This document shows, piece by piece, positions 56,689 through 64,000 of a DNA stretch of 64,000 bases. Numbering within the stretch: the first letter of the stretch is position 1; every line of letters begins with the position of its first letter. The notes beneath the pieces were generated by a model. It did no database searches, was not told the DNA's origin, and was given only the letters and a program-made list of their open reading frames with translations. The DNA is taken from NCBI GenBank assembly GCA_951406725.2, contig OX597827.1:45632001-45696000 (forward strand), in the 5' to 3' direction. A program made the position numbers and the translations under genes. The stretch comes from Octopus vulgaris. Lineage: Eukaryota.

Positions 56689-58179
56689 GTATATACATGA
56701 ACGCATTCCTTGTCATTTTCGAAAGAACACAGACTACGCACACAGACAGACATGCCAAGCACGCTTACCTATTTAGACATAAAGACAGCCATGCACACAC
56801 ACACACACACACACGTGTGTCTGTCTGTGTGTGTGTGTGTGTGTGTAAATATACCTTCTTACCTCAGGCACATTTTTCCAATTTTCTACGGCAGACGACA
56901 GACACACCACCACCGCTACCCCCAGCACCACCACCACCACCACCACCAATACAACGAATCTCGACACTACGAGACGACGACTTTGCTAGAAAGGGTAGCC
57001 AAATCTGCTTGATGTCACCTCACCCACCCCATCCTTCCCCACCCCCGCTTTTGACGAAATCTAATTTTGGTCTCTCTCTGTCTTTGGTCTCCTGCACATA
57101 GGAAAAAAAAAAGATGGGAAGGTCACGGCCGGAATGTCTTTGGGCCTATGCTACCTAATGACCACATTCACCACTCCACCAGCCAACCCACCCTATAAAC
57201 CATCATCACCGTCGTCGCCACCACCCTATAAATTTTACCCCGTCACCACCACCATCACCACCGCCACCACCACCACCAGCAATTTCCTGCCGTCGCTTAC
57301 ACCACCGACATGGCGTTTGTTTGGAAACAGGCGGCAGGCGGCAGGCAACAGACATTTCTCCACCCCGCCATCGACAACACCAGCACAACCATCCATACAC
57401 CCTCTTCCACCACCAAAGTGTGCCGCCGTTGCCATCCTTGTATGACGCCAACAACAGCAGCAACAACGACAGCAACAACTATAGCAACAGAGGCAGCAAC
57501 AGCAGCAGCAGCAGCGGAGCCGTGTAACATGTTCCTTTTGCAGATAACGGTATTTTCCCCATCTCTCACGTTCTCTCTTTTTCTCCCTCTCTCCTTCTCT
57601 CTCTTTCTTTTCTCTTTCTCTCTCTCCATCTCTCTCTTTCTTTTGTCTCTCCTCTCGCTTTCCTTTGTCTTTTTCCCTTTCTTTCCTCTCCCTCTCCCTC
57701 TCCCTCTCTCTCACTCTCTCCCTTTCTCTCTCTCTCTCGACTTCCCACCACCATCGCCATCACATCACTACATCGTTTCCACATATTTAACGACCGCACA
57801 ACACCGCATTTTTGATGACAGATGACATACCAGCATCACGCCTCCTCCGCACAATAGAACATTCCTCCCCCACAACGGAGGCGCTTCCGAAGCAGTCGCC
57901 GCCACCGCCGCCGCCGCCACCATCTCTGCTGGTGCTGCCGCCGATGGAACGAACGCCCGCCCGTCCTCAGCACCGATTTGTAACATATTTCCACGGCAGA
58001 CGATACGCCGGCCGACATAGCTGCCATCTTTTAACGCCGTCATCATCACGAACATCATCATGTTCCTTCCTTCTCTTCCCCTCCTTTTCTTTCTCCATCT
58101 TTTCCACCACTACCACCACCACCGCTGCCACCTTCATTAAGCACCGGCTTCACGTATTTCGATGGCAGACGACACATCG

Positions 58180-58217
<38 letters not shown>

Positions 58218-59102
58218 GTCGTCGTCGTCGTTATCGTCGTCACCGTCGTCACACTGCTAACATCGACTCATCTACGAGATTGCTCGGTCTGCTAGAAATA
58301 GCAGCAACCCTGCCTCTCTACTAATTACCACTAAAATCATGCCCCACTACCACCACACTTTCATCGTCCATGAAAAGGCGTGTTGCAGTTTCTCGCGTAA
58401 TTACAAACACCAAAAAAAAAAAAATGAAGTCGGGAAGGCCGCAGCTGGAAAGCCTTTGATCATAACTTAAAAGTGAAGACTAGGGCTAAACACCACCACC
58501 ACCTCCACCACTATTACCTTTGCGCTCACCACAAGCAACACCACCACCACCACCACAACTACTCTCCCACCACCACCACCACCACAACTACTCCCCCACC
58601 ACCACCACCACCATTGAGATTTTTTCCTCTAAAACAGACGACAAAAATCTACTTGCATTCCAGCGCCCTCTCGCGGTGTAACTACAGCGGAATTAATTTG
58701 TATCGCTCCCTCCCCCTACCTCCCATTATTTTTGCCTTTCTTTGTTTCGGCCTTTCTTTCTCTTTGTCTGTTTCTCTCGCTCCCTTTCTTTCTTTCTTTC
58801 CTTCTTTCTTTCTTTCTTTCTTTTTTCTTTCTTTCTTTCTTTTTTCTTTCTTTCTTTCTTTCTTTCTTTCCCTCTCTCTCATATTTCCTCTCTGTCTCTG
58901 CTCATCCTATCTGTATTACGCTCTGCTCTCCTCCCCCAATTTCCTCCCTCCTTCAGTTTTCTGCTTATATATTCCTTTCACTTTCTCTTACTTTGTGCAT
59001 ATGTGTAGGTATGTGTGTGTGTGTGTATATGTGTATGAGTCTGTCTGTGTGTGTGTGTGTGTATGAATCTTTGCATTTTTCCTATCAAGTTTATTCACGT
59101 TC

Positions 59103-59150
<48 letters not shown>

Positions 59151-59685
59151 TTCAATTTTTACTCATATTTCCTCTTCCAGTGAATCTAAATCTTACTCTT
59201 TCCCCTCTCATCTCTCACCACACTCTTTGTCTCTTTCTTTCTTTCCCTGTTTCCTTGTCCCACTCTCTCTTTCTTACCCTTCCCTCCTCACTCTCTCACT
59301 CTCTCTTATAAATTTATCGCTGTATTGGATCTTGGGTCTACATACTTGCCATCATTAAATGTAATCGGATGTCATGAGGAGGGGGTTATGTGTGCATATG
59401 TGTATGTAAATGTGTGTATGGTGAGGGGGCGCAGTGAATAACTATGTGTATGCGTGTATGTTTGTGCGTGTGTGAGTATCGGCATGTATGCGCGTATGTG
59501 TGCGCGCCAGCAAGTTTGTATGAGACTTATGGCAGTTGGCGCGTGCGTAGACTTGCCTAAGAGTATGTGTGTACGTCTGCGGTGTGAATATATGAATAGC
59601 TGTGCTATTGTGTATATATATGTATATACATACACACATATGTATATATACATATACATATAAATACACACACACACACACACAC

Positions 59686-59730
<45 letters not shown>

Positions 59731-60018
59731 AAATTAAAACAAACAGGAAAAGGTTGTCATTATAGAACTCGGAGTTTCGAATGCCAGAGCGAAGAGCTAC
59801 GGTACATTCTCGTCGGCTATTAATGACAACAGACGCTACGAAAAATCGTTAAATGTAAAGGAAGTAACTCTAATAGGTGGAAAAAGAAAAAAGAAAAAAA
59901 TATAAAAATATACACGCAACCATATTCCCACAATACATAGACATAAACCTCCTACGTTCACAACGTCTACATACGTACACACTGACACAAACATGCACAC
60001 ACACACGCACGCATGTAT

Positions 60019-60049
<31 letters not shown>

Positions 60050-60191
60050 CATACATATATACACATATATATATATACATATATACATACATATATATAT
60101 GTGTATATATGTATATATGTATACATATATATATGTATATATGAGAGCGGTCAGCTAAAAGTTTTTTGTGCATTTTGATGTCGACATAAGT

Positions 60192-60289
60192 TCCTTGATT
60201 TTCCTGATGAGAAATCTGCATAATGTACTCCTTTTTTCCTTCGGAATTAGGAATATGCAGCCTTCGAAACATATGTCGAGAATAAAGGA
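60192..60289 (+). ncRNA. Type I hammerhead ribozyme with palindromic stem III
   Basis: tccttgattttc-CTGATGA-gaa..ctgcata...tatgcag..ttc-GAAA-catatg-TC-gagaataaagga; predicted GUC cleavage after 60277. Confidence 0.78.
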
Positions 60290-60484
60290 TATTTGTTAAC
60301 TAGTCGTTCAACTCCATTCTTTCATATACTTAATTTTAAAATAAACATACAAATTTCCGCACGAAGACACGTAGTCTATGCCCTAGGGACGTAGCTTCAA
60401 CCGTGTTCTTTCTGATGTGAATTTGCTACCCAGGTATCGGTTATCTTTCGAATTATCCTTAATAAGATAATTCATTCAATTACT

Positions 60485-60551
<67 letters not shown>

Positions 60552-60656
60552 GTGTATATATAGGCAACCTCATCCTCATATACACATAGGTGCTTACATG
60601 TATACACGTAACATAATACATATATATTTAGACACCTATACATATATATATATACG

Positions 60657-60756
<100 letters not shown>

Positions 60757-60824
60757 TATACAGACATACATTCGAACTCCCGCATGCACACACATAAATA
60801 TGTATATACATATGCATATATTTA

Positions 60825-61048
60825 TGTCTTTATTGCCCACAGGGGGATAAACATAGAGGGAACAAACAAGGTCAGACAAAGGGATTAAGTCGATTACATC
60901 GATCCCAGTGCATAACTGGTACTTTTTTGACCTCGAAAGGATGAAAGGCAAAGTTAACGTCGGCGGAATTTGACTCAGAACGTAGCGGCACGCGAAATAC
61001 TGCTAAGCATTTCGCCCGGCGTGCTAACGTTTCTGCCAGCTCGCCGCA
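60825..61048 (-). mobile_element. SINE family B
   Basis: Colinear with other B copies. Confidence 0.9.
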
Positions 61049-61547
61049 TATATGGTACAGGACGTCATAGAACGTTTGTGTCAGCTCGCCGCATATATGG
61101 GTAGAGAACGTCATAGAAAGTAAGCAACATGAAATATGAAAACAACAGGAAATACGAAATACGAAAACATGGAATACGAATATTTTTTGCGAACAACGAA
61201 AGAAACAAATGGAAAACAAGACAAGCAACATAAAGAACAACCTTTCGTCTGTTGTCGGTTGTTTTTCTAATCCGTATTTCGAGCAATTCACGACAAGATG
61301 CGCCTTCGACAAAACTCTTGTTCTCGCAAAGCAAATGAAATTTAGGATTTTTGAATTTCTGTCATTTTGGGGATTCCTGGTATCTGATCTAGCTAGCAAT
61401 CAGCCCCTTTTCCTATCATTCCCAGGGCACCTATGACAACAGGTATTGTTTTAGTCTCCAGGTTCCACATTTTGCTAATTTCGATTACAAGATCTTTATA
61501 TTTGCTCAGTTTTTGGTAGGTCTTGACATTATTATTATTATTATATG

Positions 61548-61594
<47 letters not shown>

Positions 61595-61599
61595 TATTA

Positions 61600-61662
<63 letters not shown>

Positions 61663-61663
<1 letters not shown>

Positions 61664-62050
61664 CTTTCTTTATCACAGGTTGTTGGAGCTCTTGGAATCT
61701 TACATGCATAGCGAGCTTGCTACCTACAGCATACGGTACCATGCTATCCATTCCTTTCAGCTATCTAATACTTACCTGATTATTCTGGACGTACCAAGGA
61801 GGCAACACTTTTATATCAGTTCTACTGGACACTCTATTCCAATTTCCTTTATATTCCTCTTGATACCTTCTGATACTATTCCCAACGACCCAACAATAAT
61901 TGGCGCTATCTTTACATTCTTCATTTTCCATAGCCGGATTATTTCGTACTTAAGAGGTTTGTATTTATCTTTTCGCCTTCCTACTTGACTATTCGTGGGT
62001 CAAAGAGGCATGCAACATCAACTATATAACATATGTGGTGCATGTTGTCT
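61663..62050 (-). mobile_element. R4/Dong-like non-LTR retrotransposon 3' end (RLE domain) abutting (TAA)n
   Basis: Reverse-strand frames give CYIVDVACLFDPRI...EGEKI and WKMKNVKIAPIIVGSLGIVS...KCCLLGTSRIIR; 3' end runs straight into (TAA)n. Confidence 0.75.
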
Positions 62051-62286
62051 CCTACCACTAGGTCGGGTCTGTTATGCTCTAGCACCTGATCTGTTTGGGC
62101 TGGGAAATCCCAGAGGATTTTGCTGGTCCTCGACTTCGCCATTCTGCGGTTTATGCTCATATCACGTCTTCCTTCTCTCTAGCCCCCACTTTTCGCACTG
62201 TTTCCAATGTAGCTCTTTCGCTACCTGATCGTCACCTGACGATCATCATCATCATCATCATCGTCATTCATTAATATTATTATTAA

Positions 62287-62592
62287 GACGGCAAGCTGGC
62301 AGAATCGTTAGCACGCCGGGCGAAATGCTTAGCGATATTTCGTGTGCCGCTGCGTTCTGAGTTCAAATTCCGCCGAGGTCGACTTTGCCTTTCATCCTTT
62401 CGGTGTCGATACATTAAGTACCAGTTACGCACTGAGGTCGATATAATCGACTTAATCCGTTTGTCTGTCCTTGTTTGTTCTCTCTGTGCTTAGCCCCTTG
62501 TGGGTAGTAAAGAAATAGGTATTTCGCCCGTCGCTACATTCTGAGTTCAAATTCCGCCGTGGTTGACTTTGCTTTTCATCCTTTCGGGGTCC
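62287..62592 (+). mobile_element. SINE family B with partial tandem second unit
   Basis: Head GGCAAGCTGGCAGAATCGTTAGC; B-box block repeated at ~62520-62592. Confidence 0.9.
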
Positions 62593-62880
62593 TTTTTTCT
62601 TCCCATTTCCCCCCCTGAGCTTTTGCGGCAATCTTTCTGTCTGTCTGTTTGCCTAATCGTTTATATGTTTAGATCTTTGCTGTCAGCGAGACAAGCTCTC
62701 TCAGTTTGTTTCTCTGTCTGTCCGTCTGCTTGTCTGTCTGTCTATATCTACCTAAACGCTTCTATATCTAAATCAAACGGTCGGTCAATCTCTCTCTGCT
62801 TGTGCATATGTCTACATGTACAAGAAGCAGCAGCAAAATGACCTTCCTTACAGTACCTTATTTCATTAAACACAGGAAAT

Positions 62881-63325
62881 GGATCTTTTCGGTTTGAACG
62901 GTAGTTTTTAACATAATTTCTAGGTAACTAAAAAAATTTAAACTTCGTATATTGGTAGAATGTGTTTATAAAACATCTTTTTCTCTTGGCTTTATTGAGA
63001 AAATTCTATAGGTTGTAAGATATTTGTTGTTTTTTTTTTCTTCAATTTCTGCAATTTCAACCAATCAGTGACGTCTATTGAGTTAAAAAGCACTCTGTGC
63101 CGTATGAATATGTCTCTCGTTTAAGAAACAGATTGGGTTTATTTACATTTGTGAAGGAAAAAAGATATCCTTCCCCCACCCCTAACCCTAACCCTAACTA
63201 ACCCTTACTAACCCTAACCCTAAAAGAGATTGAAATGCAATAGATCGATTCTAGGGTCATAATTATGGGTAACAATTCCATATTACACCGCTAGAAAAAA
63301 CTGTGCGTTCAAACCGAAAAGATCC
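62881..63325. mobile_element. MITE of the same family as 51126, opposite orientation, with (CCCTAA)n and 8-bp TSD
   Basis: GGATC...GATCC termini; TSD CAGGAAAT at 62873-62880 and 63326-63333. Confidence 0.92.
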
Positions 63326-63599
63326 CAGGAAATAGAAAATACTTCGAGTAATGTAGCCCTCGGTAGACTGTATCTGGAAGACAAAATGATGAAATGGTTG
63401 CAGCTGGAACACACTTCATCATAGACGTACAGCAGGGGTTCCAACGTGTTTCGTTCTTTTTAACTCTTGGTAACATTTTGAAATTAAATTTAGCCACACA
63501 CTCACTTTCACTATGTTTCGTTCATTAATTTGAGTTCACACGTCTGCCATAATAAAAGAAACAACAAAGATATTTCTAATATTGGTTTTAAACATCATT

Positions 63600-63995
63600 C
63601 TCTTTCTTTTTACTTGTTTCAGTCATTTGACTGCGGCCATGCTGGAGCACCGCCTTTAGTCGAGCAAATCGACCCGGGGACTTATTCTTTGTAAGCCCAG
63701 TACTTATTCTATCAGTCTCTTTTGCCGAACCGCTAAGTGACGGGGACGTAAACACACCAGCATCGGTTGTCAAGCAATGCTAGGGGAACACACACATATA
63801 TATATATATATATACATATATACATATATACGACAGGCTTCTTTCAGTTTCCATCTACCAAATCCACTCACAAGGCATTGGTCGGCCCGGGGCTATAGCA
63901 GAAGACACTTGCCCAAGATGCCACGCAGTGGGAATGAACCCGGAACCATGTGGTTGGTTAGCAAGCTACTTACCACACAGCCACTCCTGCGCCTA
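63600..63995 (-). mobile_element. SINE family A, full length
   Basis: Colinear with the 18361 copy. Confidence 0.93.
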
Positions 63996-64000
63996 TCATT

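Noticed and set aside
57812-58324. 170-aa Pro/His-rich ORF as a host exon
   Set aside because: Low complexity, no recognisable domain; cannot be supported without transcript data.

Overview
Repeat-saturated, AT-rich animal genomic DNA. The SINE families and microsatellite density point to Octopus (inferred, not checked against a database). I see no credible host protein-coding exon: nearly all long ORFs are microsatellite or satellite artefacts. The window holds about 35 copies or fragments of three tRNA-derived SINE families, decayed retroelements (CR1/L2-type endonuclease and RT, RTE, R4/Dong-like, CRE-like, Gypsy integrase), three non-autonomous Helitrons, three GG...CC MITEs with 8-bp TSDs carrying TTAGGG repeats, and a 2.3-kb satellite. 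Two signals stand out. (1) A fixed-spacing bipartite motif, GGAATG-N5-YTGD-TGTCGCT, occurs 14 times, partly in unrelated flanks; it is mostly on + left of ~29 kb and on - right of it. (2) About ten type I hammerhead-ribozyme folds, probably from Penelope-like elements, several inside long fold-back palindromes. Coordinates were read by eye, and repeat boundaries are approximate.
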